The notes under the pieces were generated by a model. The model was given only the letters and a program-made list of their open reading frames with translations. It made no database searches and was not told the DNA's origin. This document shows, piece by piece, positions 29,769 to 40,067 of a stretch of DNA of 64,000 nucleotides. A program made the position numbers and the translations under genes. Source of the DNA: Candidatus Bathyarchaeota archaeon (GTDB lineage: Archaea; Thermoproteota; Bathyarchaeia; Bathyarchaeales; Bathycorpusculaceae); contig CAVYES010000002.1 in assembly GCA_963767735.1 (NCBI GenBank), forward strand, positions 216,199 through 280,198, read 5' to 3'. How positions within the stretch are numbered: position 1 is the first letter of the stretch; each line of letters opens with the position of its first letter.

Positions 29769-30974
29769 ATGGAAGAGTATAAGGCAGATTTCCCAAGCGA
29801 AATAATCAAAGAAGGAAAAATCCAAGTGTTAGTGCCCAAACTCGCAGCCTACGGAGTAAACCCGTCGGATTACGCGCCGTCTAAAGCTCCAGTGTTTTAC
29901 AATCCAGTGATGGAGTTTAACCGTGACTTAACGGTTTTAGCGTTCCGAGCCTATCAACGCATGGCTGGAAGAGAAATCAGCATTTGTGACCCATTAACCA
30001 GTCAGGGCATCCGCGGCGTACGTTTTGCCGCTGAAATTTTCGGCGTGAAAAAAGTGTTAATCAGCGACATTAACGAGAGAGCATACAAACTTGCAAAGCA
30101 CAACGTGCAAATCAACGGACTCGAAAAAACGGTCACTGTTAAGCATAAGGACGCGAACTGCATTTTAAGCTGCAATGCTTCGCCTAAGAAAAGGTTTGAT
30201 ATAGTTGATGTTGACCCGTTTGGCACTCCAGCCCCATACTTAGGCTCAGCTCTGCGAGCAATCCGCAACAATGGCTTATTAGCTTCAACGGCAACAGACC
30301 TGGCGCCTCTTTGTGGGGTGCACGCTAAAGCCTGCATTCGAAAGTACGGCGGCAGACCCATGCGAACAGAGTACTGCCATGAGCTTGCTGTTAGGCTTTT
30401 AGCCGGCTGCACTGCCACCTTAGCGGCAAAGCACGATATCGGCATCCAAGTCGTCTTCAGCCACAGCAGCGAACATTACATCCGACTGTATACTCAAATC
30501 TCATATGGTGCAAAGAAAGCGGATGAAAGCCTCAAAAGCCTGGGTGATATTCTGCATTGTTTTAGCTGTTTTCACCGCGAAACCAGGCACCAACCGTTCG
30601 GAAGCCTCCAATGCCCTGAATGCGGCCAAAAAATGGATTATGCGGGTCCACTGTGGCTTGGAAGCATTTTCGACCCAGGCTTCATCGAGTCAATGATGAA
30701 AGAAAACAAAACGGTGGCTTTCAGAAACAGCGCCAGAATCACGAAGCTTCTTACTTTAACCAAAGACGAAGCCCAAGCACCCATAACATACTACATTCTT
30801 GACAAATTAAGCGGAAAACTTGGCCTCCCATCACCATCCATACAATCCTTCATCGAAATGCTCCGCAAAAGCGGTTTTCAAGCGGTACAGACCCACTTTA
30901 ATACCAGAGGAGTAAGAACCGATGCTCCCGTGGCAGCAATGCATAAACTGCTCAAAGAAGCAAGCGGCAGTTAG
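29769..30974 (+). CDS. trm1: tRNA (guanine26-N2)-dimethyltransferase
   Basis: VFYNPVMEFNRD, GIRGVR, DVDPFGTP, TATDLAPLCG, CxxC..CxxC, GPLWLG, THF..GVRTDA. Confidence 0.95.
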   Translation: MEEYKADFPSEIIKEGKIQVLVPKLAAYGVNPSDYAPSKAPVFYNPVMEFNRDLTVLAFRAYQRMAGREISICDPLTSQGIRGVRFAAEIFGVKKVLISDINERAYKLAKHNVQINGLEKTVTVKHKDANCILSCNASPKKRFDIVDVDPFGTPAPYLGSALRAIRNNGLLASTATDLAPLCGVHAKACIRKYGGRPMRTEYCHELAVRLLAGCTATLAAKHDIGIQVVFSHSSEHYIRLYTQISYGAKKADESLKSLGDILHCFSCFHRETRHQPFGSLQCPECGQKMDYAGPLWLGSIFDPGFIESMMKENKTVAFRNSARITKLLTLTKDEAQAPITYYILDKLSGKLGLPSPSIQSFIEMLRKSGFQAVQTHFNTRGVRTDAPVAAMHKLLKEASGS

Positions 30975-31166
30975 ATAACAATTTATTTTCAGACAATCAG
31001 CCTGTCTCTAAATTTTTTGGTAATGCAATATGGTATTGGACAAACTTAGTTACGAACTCCCCATCAATTCAGCTTGTAAAAGTGATCTCATCTGAAACGA
31101 CACCAGTAAAGGCTAACCCTTTCTAGCTAAGGGAAACTTAAACAACTCTTTTTTTCAAAAAGCCGC

Positions 31167-31230
31167 TTACTTTTTATTACTTTCTTTTACTTTTCTTTAC
31201 TTTCTGTTACTTTCCTTTACTTTTCCTTAC
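31167..31230. repeat. Phased tandem array, 7 x TTAC at exact 10-bp spacing
   Basis: ttac tttttattac tttcttttac ttttctttac tttctgttac tttcctttac ttttccttac. Confidence 0.85.
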
Positions 31231-31384
31231 GCAACCTGCAAACGTTTCAAAGCCTAAACCAAAAAAGCAACAAAACTGTTTTTATTCTACTCAAACGAAT
31301 ACAGCAGTAAAATTAACGATGAAGCATTAGGCAACAAAAGTTTAAAGAGCAAAACAAGTGCTTAATGTAACAAAGTGAATAGTC

Positions 31385-32191
31385 ATGGACGATAAAATCA
31401 CGGTAATTGGCACTGGCATGATGGGTGGCGCCGTAATCAAAAGTCTGCTGAAAGGCGGCTACCAAGGAAAAATAACAGCGGTAGACATCGCGATTGAACG
31501 GCTCAAGGAATTTGAAGCTCTCGGCGTAAAAACATTAACAAATAACAAAAAAGCCGCTGCTGACGCCGACATCGTTTTTATCATCGTTAAGCCTGGCGAC
31601 GTTGAGAAAGTTCTCGAAGAAGTCAGCGGGGAAATTAAGGATAAACTTTTGATTTCTGTGGCTGCCACGGTTCCGTTGAAGTTTCTAAAGAAGAATGCGC
31701 CTGAGGCAAAGATAGTGCGGATTATGCCTAATCTTGGCGCGTTGGTTCAGGCAGCTTACACGGCTTATTGTTGCGAAGCAAACGTTACAGCGAAAGACAA
31801 AGAGAAGGTTAAGACTTTACTGAATATGATGGGCATCTGCGATGAAATGGATGAGAAATATATGGATGCAATAACCGCTGTTAGCGGCAGTGGACCGGGC
31901 TACTTGTCGATTATCATTGAGGCTATGACTTACGCGGGATTAAAGGTTGGGTTGCCGCGTGACATAGCGTTAAGCTGTGCAGCGCAAACTGTCATGGGTG
32001 CAGGCAAGCTTGTTACGGATTTACACTTGGATCCCTCAAAAATCAGAGATATGACAACCACTCCAGGCGGCACAACTATCGAAGCCATATACCAGATTGA
32101 ACAAAGCCAAATTAGACCAGCAATGATGCGTGCAATCGAAGAAGCCACCAAGAAAAGCCAAGCAATCAGAGAAAAACTAAACCTAAACTAG
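31385..32191 (+). CDS. proC: Pyrroline-5-carboxylate reductase
   Basis: IGTGMMG, VKP, RIMPN, TAVSGSGPGY, TPGGTTI. Confidence 0.95.
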   Translation: MDDKITVIGTGMMGGAVIKSLLKGGYQGKITAVDIAIERLKEFEALGVKTLTNNKKAAADADIVFIIVKPGDVEKVLEEVSGEIKDKLLISVAATVPLKFLKKNAPEAKIVRIMPNLGALVQAAYTAYCCEANVTAKDKEKVKTLLNMMGICDEMDEKYMDAITAVSGSGPGYLSIIIEAMTYAGLKVGLPRDIALSCAAQTVMGAGKLVTDLHLDPSKIRDMTTTPGGTTIEAIYQIEQSQIRPAMMRAIEEATKKSQAIREKLNLN

Positions 32192-32202
32192 CACGATCAG
32201 CC

Positions 32203-32859
32203 ATGTTTGAAGCAGTTATTTTTGACTGGGACGGAACCTTAGGCGACACGCGGAAAGTAATTGTTATCGCGTTTCAAGCCACGTTAAGCGAAATAAACTG
32301 CAGAGTCAGTGACGAATACATTGAACGCCGCATCGGAATTGGGGCAGCAGACACCTTCCGAGACATATTGCGGTCAGCTAAAACCCAATTCAACGAAAAA
32401 TTAATCCAGCGGTTAGTCGAGCGCAAGAGTCAATTTGAAATCGAGCTGACAGACCAAGTGAAACTGTTTCCGGGAGCCAGAGAACTTCTTGAAATGTTAC
32501 ATGGCAAAAAGAAAATGGGTTTGGCATCGATGAATAACCGCTCAGTAATCATGCACTTGCTCAAAGCAAAAGACATAGAAAAATGCTTTGAAACAGTTCT
32601 TACCGCTGAGTCAATTTCACATTCAAAACCAAACCCAGAAATTTTCTTAAAAATTGCATCCAAACTATGTGCGAACCCTGAAAAATGCGTGGTTATCGAG
32701 GATTCGATTTTCGGTGTCAAAGCTGCAAAAGCAGCAAACATGAGCTGTATTGCCGTTGTTACAGGCGTATATTCTAAGGTGGAGCTCGAAAAAGAAAAGC
32801 CTAATTTGACAGTTGAAACGTTAAAAGATAAGCAAATCATTCCTTTTATTCTGCAGTAA
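32203..32859 (+). CDS. HAD family phosphatase
   Basis: FDWDGTL.D, KPNPEIF, IEDS..GV.AA. Confidence 0.9.
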   Translation: MFEAVIFDWDGTLGDTRKVIVIAFQATLSEINCRVSDEYIERRIGIGAADTFRDILRSAKTQFNEKLIQRLVERKSQFEIELTDQVKLFPGARELLEMLHGKKKMGLASMNNRSVIMHLLKAKDIEKCFETVLTAESISHSKPNPEIFLKIASKLCANPEKCVVIEDSIFGVKAAKAANMSCIAVVTGVYSKVELEKEKPNLTVETLKDKQIIPFILQ

Positions 32860-32936
32860 TATAATCTTGTGGTAGTCTGTTAACAATCACATAGCTTTAA
32901 GAATTGTTCAAATTAAATATAATTTAGTCTCAAATT

Positions 32937-33227
32937 GTGGAAAGGGAATTATTTTTGAGCAACCTTTTTTCAAACAAAAAAACAAGGATTTCGCTATTCC
33001 AGGTTCTACTGCTAGACAACAACAACAGCGAAGACGTGGAAGTTCAAGAAGCGAAACAAGTGGACTTTTGCCAAGTCAAAAAACACCTGAAAAACGGCGG
33101 ATCAGTCTTCATCACAAGCAAAAAATCCCAAAAAATAGTCTACCCCAAAGCCAAAGCGCAAATAAACTACAGCAAATCAAGACAAAAATATGGAGCCCTC
33201 TTCCGACAACACTTGAGAAGTTCATAA
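32937..33227 (+). CDS. Hypothetical protein
   Basis: 96 aa, TATA-like element upstream; no recognised motif. Confidence 0.55.
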   Translation: MERELFLSNLFSNKKTRISLFQVLLLDNNNSEDVEVQEAKQVDFCQVKKHLKNGGSVFITSKKSQKIVYPKAKAQINYSKSRQKYGALFRQHLRSS

Positions 33228-33398
33228 ACGTGCGACGTGCATCCAAATAAATTAGCTTACCCCCTCTCTCTTCCACACATTTTTTGGATGCACGCCAGCT
33301 CCCACTCATAAATGAAGTTTTTCATGCACTTTAGGTTAAGAAGCCGATTTAATTTTCAAAGAAAGTTAAGAATAAGTTGGTCTTTGAACGGTGACCGC

Positions 33399-34505
33399 TT
33401 ACTCTTTTTGCCTTTGCGCTTTTGGAATGTAGGCGCATCTTGGGTCTGAACCTAAAATGTCTCCCGTGTAAAACAGTGCTGAGGAACGGCAGCCGCCACA
33501 AATGTCCTTGTATTCGCAGATGCCGCATTTGCCTTTTATGTTGTTTTTGTCTTTTACTTTGGTGAAGAACTCTGAGTTTTGCATTTCACTCCAGATTTCT
33601 TTAAGCGATTTATCTTTGATGTTTCCTATTCTGTAGGAGTCGTTGTAGCTGCATGGTATGGCTTCGCCGTTTTCTGCGATACTCATGAATTTGCCGAAGA
33701 AGCACCTGCCCAGAAAGAAGTTGTTGTACCAGTTGTCAAAATCAGGCATTCCCCGCTGCTTTGCAACTCGCGCGTAGAAGGGAATGTACACGTTAATGGC
33801 TGGTTTCCCTTTGTACTCTGTCGTTAAATCGTAGAGTTTGTTGCAAACCCATTCGTACTGTTGCGGTTTGAGGTCGGCTTTGAGGCTTTTTTTGTCTTTG
33901 CTGTATGGGATGAAGCCGTGAAACACCACCCAGCGAGCGTCATATTTGCGGGCTAAATCAAGCACATGACGCATATCTGCCTCGTTAGCGTTTGTAACAG
34001 AGCCGCCAGCGTTGGCAAAAGTGTAAACAAGACAGTTCAACAGTTTCTTTTCTGAAAACTTTTCAATCGCTGAAACCGCGGCTGCATAAGCGCCTTTGCC
34101 TCGAATAGCATCATTTGTTTTCTCTGCACCGTCGATGCTTACGGAAATTTTAACTTCATTTTTGAGGATGTTTTCAAAAACCGCCTGGTCCATGAGGCGC
34201 CCATCTGTTATGATGCTTGCGTTCAAACCAAGCTTTCTAGCATAACCTATTACTTCAAAAAGGTCCTTTCTCAGAAACGGTTGCCCACCAGTAATCCCGA
34301 AAAAGCTCGCGCCGAAATCGTAAACTTCATCAACAATTTTCATGGCGCCCACCGTGTCAACTTCGTCTGCAACAGAGGGTTTGCCTGCAGAAGTACAGTG
34401 CACACAAGTGCTGCCGCATTCGAAAGTGCATCGCCAAGGAACAATAAACAAGGGCCCCTTACTCTTCAACCTTAACTCCCCACTAGATATCCTAATCCAA
34501 AACAA
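33399..34505 (-). CDS. Radical SAM/SPASM protein (NirJ/AhbC-D/PqqE-like)
   Basis: CGSTCVHC, TGGQP, SIDG, C-terminal PC..KCGICEYKDICGGCR..DPRC; real start probably the TTG a few codons in. Confidence 0.88.
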   Translation of the reverse strand: MFWIRISSGELRLKSKGPLFIVPWRCTFECGSTCVHCTSAGKPSVADEVDTVGAMKIVDEVYDFGASFFGITGGQPFLRKDLFEVIGYARKLGLNASIITDGRLMDQAVFENILKNEVKISVSIDGAEKTNDAIRGKGAYAAAVSAIEKFSEKKLLNCLVYTFANAGGSVTNANEADMRHVLDLARKYDARWVVFHGFIPYSKDKKSLKADLKPQQYEWVCNKLYDLTTEYKGKPAINVYIPFYARVAKQRGMPDFDNWYNNFFLGRCFFGKFMSIAENGEAIPCSYNDSYRIGNIKDKSLKEIWSEMQNSEFFTKVKDKNNIKGKCGICEYKDICGGCRSSALFYTGDILGSDPRCAYIPKAQRQKE

Positions 34506-34651
34506 ATATGCTATTTAACACTTCACATTTTTTCTTAATTTTTCCAGGTTTAATTAAGTGATTAGATATTTAAGCGGGTTATATCTAACAACGTTGGATT
34601 CCAAAAGAGTTATTACTTTTATTTTACCTGATACTAGTTGAGGAAAGGAGA

Positions 34652-34825
34652 ATGGATGAGGAGAAGCTAGTGGAGACTAGCCGGCTTAATTGTGACCATG
34701 GAAATCAAAGATTGTACACGGACAGGCGCTTTGATATCGTTAATGGTTTTGAATTGAATTATACTCGCTGCATCAACTGCCACAAAATTGTCAGCTTAGA
34801 AGCAAAGAAATTTAGCAGTGAGTAA
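34652..34825 (+). CDS. 57-aa protein with CxH...CxxCH motif
   Basis: MDEEKLVETSRLNCDHGNQRLYTDRRFDIVNGFELNYTRCINCHKIVSLEAKKFSSE; purine-rich SD. Confidence 0.65.
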   Translation: MDEEKLVETSRLNCDHGNQRLYTDRRFDIVNGFELNYTRCINCHKIVSLEAKKFSSE

Positions 34826-34839
34826 ATTCTTAGCTGTGC

Positions 34840-35247
34840 CTAACGTTTTTTGTGGTAAAGATAAAGCGGTCCCTGTTTTAGCAGATCCAAAATTCGCTGC
34901 GTTTGACCAGTTGAAAGTTTGCATGTTTTTGGCTCAGATAGGAACGGGAGCTTTTCTGGTGCGTTTTGAATGATGTGAAGGTCTTCCCATGTTACTTTGA
35001 TGTCGTCGTAGGGGTATTGGTGTTCTTCATTTTCAACCCATGCGCCTGCATCTAATTCGTCGCCTTCAGGCAGCGAGGTGAAAGGCCCCACCAAACTCTT
35101 GTCATCGATGTTAAAGAGAAAGATCACAGAATTTGCTTTAATATCCTCTAAAGACTTCGATTCCTTGTCTGCGCAAGTATAGCGTTTTTCACTTAAACAT
35201 TGCTGCTGAGACACTTTATTGCAGAACAGCACATATCCATCGTACAT
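34840..35247 (-). CDS. DCD/EVE-like domain protein
   Basis: GYVLFCN....QCL....Y...IK..S.IFLFN.....L.GPF resembles the DCD domain pattern. Confidence 0.55.
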   Translation of the reverse strand: MYDGYVLFCNKVSQQQCLSEKRYTCADKESKSLEDIKANSVIFLFNIDDKSLVGPFTSLPEGDELDAGAWVENEEHQYPYDDIKVTWEDLHIIQNAPEKLPFLSEPKTCKLSTGQTQRILDLLKQGPLYLYHKKR

Positions 35248-35319
35248 ACCTAGTAAAACCTACCTTCGACTAATTGGGTGTCTCTCGGCGTTTATTTCCT
35301 TTTCTGCTTTGAATCAAAA

Positions 35320-36510
35320 TTAGATGGGTCGTTTTTTGACTGACAGCGCAACGGTATACAAAGTCACAGCCGCCACTGCTGTCAGCACTAAAATGAGGTC
35401 TGGACTGCCGAACTCCGGCACAGTTGGGCTTGGCGATGCAGATGATGTGGGACTGGGAGTTATAGAAGGGAGAGGGGAATCTGATATCACCGAAACTGTA
35501 TTGTTGGAAGGATTAGTTACGAATATTTCGCTCTTGAAAGAATCATAAGCTAAGCTTTGAAGTGCACTATTTGCTACAGTCACGTTTGCTATCACTGTGT
35601 TGTTGCCATCTGATATTACTGAGACAGTATTGCTGTAACCTGCGTAGGTTGCGAATATCTCGCCTTGTTTAGAATCATAAGCTAGGCGTACGGTAGTGGT
35701 CGGCATAGGGACAGATGCTACCACGGTATTAGTTTGGTCCGAAATCACTAAGACAGCGACAGTAGGATTAACCAACTGGTCTAGTTCGGGGTTCGGAACG
35801 CTTGCCACAAATATTTCTCCTTTGCCCGAGTCATAAGCCAAACCAAGGGGAATATTTTCCACAGTTACATTCGCAACTACGGTATTGGAGATATCTGAAA
35901 TTACAGATACCCAAGAGCTCGTATCTCCCTCAATAGACACGAACATTTCACCCAAGCCAGAATCATAAACTATCCCTTGAGGATGACCTCCGACAAGAAC
36001 AGTTGAAACCACGCTGTTACTCGCATCTGATATAATGGAAACGGGTCCTCCCGGGTACTGGCTTGCTACGAACATTTCTCCATTGGCTGAATCATAAGAA
36101 ATGCCAACGACGCTGTTGAATCCCAAGGTTATGGTTGCTACTATGGCATTAGTGCTATCAGATATTACGGAGATGGTGCTGCTGCTAAACGAAAGCTCGC
36201 CAGGGTTATTTACTACAAATATTTCTCCTTTGCCGGAATCATAGGCTAAATCACTTGGGTTCAAAGCTCCAGATGACAAAGGTATGGTTGCAACTACAGA
36301 ATTGTTAGCATCGGAAATGACCGAGACGCTGTTGGAATCAGAATTGGCAACGAATACCTCTGCCTTGCCTGAATCATACACGGCACCCATTGGGCCCGAC
36401 CCCACCGGTATCGTGGCGGTCACTTCAATCGCGTGAACCGCGTTGACCACTGATAATGCAAAAATAATAATGAAAAACATGCCCAAAACCTTCCAAGAAG
36501 TATTATTCAT
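35320..36510 (-). CDS. Secreted YVTN/YncE-type beta-propeller with PEF(G)-CTERM anchor
   Basis: Seven YDS..GE(I/M/V)FV..VSVISD..N.VVA repeats; PTVPEFG + TM + KKRPI. Confidence 0.9.
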   Translation of the reverse strand: MNNTSWKVLGMFFIIIFALSVVNAVHAIEVTATIPVGSGPMGAVYDSGKAEVFVANSDSNSVSVISDANNSVVATIPLSSGALNPSDLAYDSGKGEIFVVNNPGELSFSSSTISVISDSTNAIVATITLGFNSVVGISYDSANGEMFVASQYPGGPVSIISDASNSVVSTVLVGGHPQGIVYDSGLGEMFVSIEGDTSSWVSVISDISNTVVANVTVENIPLGLAYDSGKGEIFVASVPNPELDQLVNPTVAVLVISDQTNTVVASVPMPTTTVRLAYDSKQGEIFATYAGYSNTVSVISDGNNTVIANVTVANSALQSLAYDSFKSEIFVTNPSNNTVSVISDSPLPSITPSPTSSASPSPTVPEFGSPDLILVLTAVAAVTLYTVALSVKKRPI

Positions 36511-36652
36511 TTCCGCTTCACCCGTATAATACTATGGCGCCGCATTGGTAATAACGTTTAAGTTTAGGGAAAAATCCATCACCGAATCGTAAGATGATTT
36601 AAATTATGAATATTGCAATAGCGGAAGATTTAGAAAATTATTTAAAGCTAGT

Positions 36653-38065
36653 TTGATTGCTAACTCGTGTAAGGTGGAATGTGCTTTCAAAGCTCTTTCA
36701 GTAGCAAAATTCGGCGGCAGCCTCTTAGATGTGGAAGGTAAGGGAATCCCTAAAATCATCAAGCAGATAAAAGAAATCAGCAAAAAAGACGGCTTTGGCC
36801 CAATCGTTGTTTTTTCTGCGCCCATGGGCTGTACTGATGCGCTTATACGGATAGGTGAATCTTACGCCCAATCATGCCAGCTTCCTCTTGAGCCGGTGTT
36901 TGAGGTTTATGAGCGGCTGGCGAATGCGCATGTTAAAGGAGAATGGCATAAACAAGCGTTAAGGGAATTGTCGAATTACAAGGCGTTGACGCAAGCTGCT
37001 TTGAACTCGGTTAACAAGCGTTTCAGCGGCCACATTAAAGCAAAAATCCTAACTTTAGGAGGAGAACTTGCCATGTCCACTTTGGCAGATTACATTTTGA
37101 AGAGCAACGGTTTAGACTCTTGCCGACTCCCGCTGGAAGAGTGGCCCATTGTTACTGACGACAACTTTGAGGATGCCATTCCGAATTATGAGTTAAGCAA
37201 AAAAAGAATCCACACATTACTCGAACCGTTGGAAGACGGCAAAATAGTTTCTATGGCAGGCTTCTTAGGCGTCACAGCTGATGGTCTTGAAACCATATTG
37301 GGCAGAGGCGGCTCAGATTTAACTGCAGTTTTCACTTCCTGCCTCTTAAAAGACCTCTACAATACTGAAACATTATTGTACAAAGATGTGCCAGTTCAAA
37401 GCGCTGACCCCAAAGTAGTGCGCGGACAAAAAACCGAGCGCGTGAAGGCGCTTACTTATAATGAAGCCCATAAAGCTTCAATGATGGGCATGAAAATAGT
37501 GCAGAGCCCAGCAATCGCCATGGCCAGACGCTTCACGCAGCCCCTACGGGTGGTGCCGATTGATGAGACAAAAATGTACTCGAAAATTGAGGCAGAAACA
37601 AGCGACGGAGAAATCGTCAAGTGCTTAACAGGCAAATCAGGCTGCGCGATCCTGTCGATGAACGATGAGAAAAGCAGGTCGCTGGAGGATTCTCTGAGAA
37701 TATGGGAAAAAAGAAATGACTTCATGGATTTAGGCGCTGAAACCATGGAGACAGGAGATCGGATTCGTGATTTTCTCTTCTTAGACGCTGATTACCTAAA
37801 GCGGAATGAGGAAAAAATCAAGGGCTTTGATGAAAACATGAAAATAGAATACGGTTTAGGCGTAGTCACACTCATCGGCGACCGAATGAAGGATTCTCCG
37901 GGCGTTGCATCATTGGCTATTAGCGCAATTTCTGGAATCAACATTAAACGCGGAATCTTTGCACCGCACACGTCACAAATAATAATAGTTGTCCAAGAAA
38001 AAAACGTCCACACCACCGTCGCAGCCATACACCATAAGAAACAAGAAATGAACAAACCTGTTTAA
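36653..38065 (+). CDS. Aspartate kinase
   Basis: VAKFGGS, VFSAPMG.TD.L, GE..S, LGRGGSD.TA, KDV..SADPK, C-terminal ACT-like domain. Confidence 0.9.
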   Translation: MIANSCKVECAFKALSVAKFGGSLLDVEGKGIPKIIKQIKEISKKDGFGPIVVFSAPMGCTDALIRIGESYAQSCQLPLEPVFEVYERLANAHVKGEWHKQALRELSNYKALTQAALNSVNKRFSGHIKAKILTLGGELAMSTLADYILKSNGLDSCRLPLEEWPIVTDDNFEDAIPNYELSKKRIHTLLEPLEDGKIVSMAGFLGVTADGLETILGRGGSDLTAVFTSCLLKDLYNTETLLYKDVPVQSADPKVVRGQKTERVKALTYNEAHKASMMGMKIVQSPAIAMARRFTQPLRVVPIDETKMYSKIEAETSDGEIVKCLTGKSGCAILSMNDEKSRSLEDSLRIWEKRNDFMDLGAETMETGDRIRDFLFLDADYLKRNEEKIKGFDENMKIEYGLGVVTLIGDRMKDSPGVASLAISAISGINIKRGIFAPHTSQIIIVVQEKNVHTTVAAIHHKKQEMNKPV

Positions 38066-38176
38066 AAGCAAAGACGGCTTGTTTGAACTCTAACTTAGTT
38101 AAGCCTTAGCAGAAAAAGAATATAACTTCGTTGTGACAATATCATTGATTTCAGATTTTACTAGGAGTGGCTATAA

Positions 38177-39337
38177 TTGTCTTTAGCAAAATACTTCTCA
38201 ATCAAAAGGTCACTTCTTGTCATGATTGCAGGCTTGATAGTTTTCGGCATATACCTGTATTTCTTCATCGGCATCCACCAGATTTTCTCAGTTCTTGAAC
38301 ACGTAAACTCTGTGCAATACACATTATTCTATTCCCTTGCACTAATAGGAGTATTATCCTCAGTATTTTTTTGGTCGGCAGCCTGGAACAGCATCCTGAG
38401 AAGTCTCTCCATCAAAATTCCCTATAGACGCGCTTACCTGTATTACTGGGTCAGCTACTTTGTAGATTTAGTTATTCCCTGCGCAACAGTGTGCGGTGAA
38501 TTAACGCGATTGTACCTTGTCCAAAGTGAGACAAAAGAAAACTATGGCGCTCTTGGAGCGGTAGCGGTAACTAACCGCATAGTTGCCTACACAGTGGTAA
38601 CCGTCGGATTATACAGCGGAGCATTTCTTATATTTTTGAAACCCGGAATCCCATCAATCGTAACAAATCTTTTCATTTTATTTTTGGTGGGCGTAACAAT
38701 TTACATGGGGGTTCTTCTTTACTTGGCGTTTGGTAAACAAGCGGCAAGAAACATCACAAATCTATACCTTAAATTGCTCAAAATTTTCAGACCAAAACGT
38801 TACCATGTAAACAAAATAGAAGAAACCCAAAAATCCCTGGCACATTTCTACGAAGGATTTCAAACATTCCGCAAAAAACCGAAACTGCTAGTAAAACCCT
38901 TCATCCTCCACTCGATTTCGTACCTGCTAGGCTTATCTGTTTTCGTGTTTATTTTCTATGCACTGGGAATACCCGCGTCAACCCCAGAGTTCTACATAGT
39001 CGTTTTCTTCATAACAACAGCATTTCAAGATGCAACAGCAAGCTTCTCAGTTGGCTCACTTGAAATTTTTCTGGCAACTATTTTGGTGCTCTATGGAATA
39101 AGCCCTGGCTTCAGCGGGGTCGCAGCGATAGTATTGAGAAGTGCTTTCTTCTGGTTTCCATTATTAGTAGGCTTTATCTGCGTGCAAATTGTTGGAGCAA
39201 AGAACCTGCTTGCCCCCAAACCTGAAACCCCAAAAACTGATTTAAAACCTACTGAGAAAAAAATTGAAACTACAACGGAAAAGCAAAAAAATGAACCGAG
39301 AATTGAACCCGAAAGCTCAACTGAACAGCCGAGATAG
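38177..39337 (+). CDS. UPF0104 / lysylphosphatidylglycerol-synthase TM-domain (flippase-like) membrane protein
   Basis: Multi-TM; W..IL, P.AT..GE..R, G.LE, R...FW.P. Confidence 0.8.
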   Translation: MSLAKYFSIKRSLLVMIAGLIVFGIYLYFFIGIHQIFSVLEHVNSVQYTLFYSLALIGVLSSVFFWSAAWNSILRSLSIKIPYRRAYLYYWVSYFVDLVIPCATVCGELTRLYLVQSETKENYGALGAVAVTNRIVAYTVVTVGLYSGAFLIFLKPGIPSIVTNLFILFLVGVTIYMGVLLYLAFGKQAARNITNLYLKLLKIFRPKRYHVNKIEETQKSLAHFYEGFQTFRKKPKLLVKPFILHSISYLLGLSVFVFIFYALGIPASTPEFYIVVFFITTAFQDATASFSVGSLEIFLATILVLYGISPGFSGVAAIVLRSAFFWFPLLVGFICVQIVGAKNLLAPKPETPKTDLKPTEKKIETTTEKQKNEPRIEPESSTEQPR

Positions 39338-39852
39338 CTATGATTGCCTTGAAAGCGTCCTATTTTGAACGGCAATGGTCTGGTTTTTGTTTTTGCGTGA
39401 ATGATAAAGATTATCAGAATGCTTCCTAATACGGCGATAATTACCGTTATTATTAGGTAGCTTTGGGATACTCCTGCTGGGTTGATGCCCTGGATCACTG
39501 GGTTTGTCACATACGAAAATGTGACCTGAATCGAGTTGGACATGTCGTTTTCGAAATTCAACATGTATGTTCCTTTTTGCGTCGCAACGAAACTGAATGT
39601 GGTGGTTTTATCAATTATGCCTAAGTTAACGATTTCAGCATTGTTGGGGGCGCTCACCCAAAACTGAAGGGGTCCAGTGGTAGCGATAGTACCGTTAAAT
39701 GTGGCTCCTTGGGGTAGCGTATACTGTAATTGGTTTGATGATGCGGAAAGAGTGAAGGCGGGAACTGTAGTAGCAAACGCTTCAACCGCCATCAATGACG
39801 CTAAAAGCATAACTGCCAATGTAGCAGAAATCAGCAATTTGGTTTTTTTCAT
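39338..39852 (-). CDS. Secreted GOLD (emp24/p24-like) domain membrane protein; probable frameshift in the tail
   Basis: Signal peptide, FWVSAPN..FSFVA...GTY.LNFEN, TM helix. As assembled it runs to 39091 across the convergent gene; one extra base near 39396 gives a TAG at 39338-39340 abutting that gene. Confidence 0.7.
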
Positions 39853-40067
39853 TTTCCCAACCGACGGATGCTTTAGAAGTTAAGGCAGATGTTAATAAAA
39901 ATGGCGTTAAAAAAAAGAAAAAATAACTTTGCTGAGTCATAAATGTAATCAGGCTCTTTGAAGGTAAGTCTGGCGGATTAGGACTTGCGTGACTGTTGAA
40001 GACATGGGAAGTCTTCCGTAATTTCGATGTGAAAGCTATTATATTTGTTATAGCTATTATAATCTTT

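Noticed and set aside
31167-31230. CRISPR array
   Set aside because: The unit is 10 bp with no unique spacers, and no cas genes are in the window.
39091-39337. 247-bp antisense overlap between the GOLD gene and the flippase-like gene
   Set aside because: A one-base correction ends the GOLD gene right beside its neighbour, and the extension looks like shadow translation.
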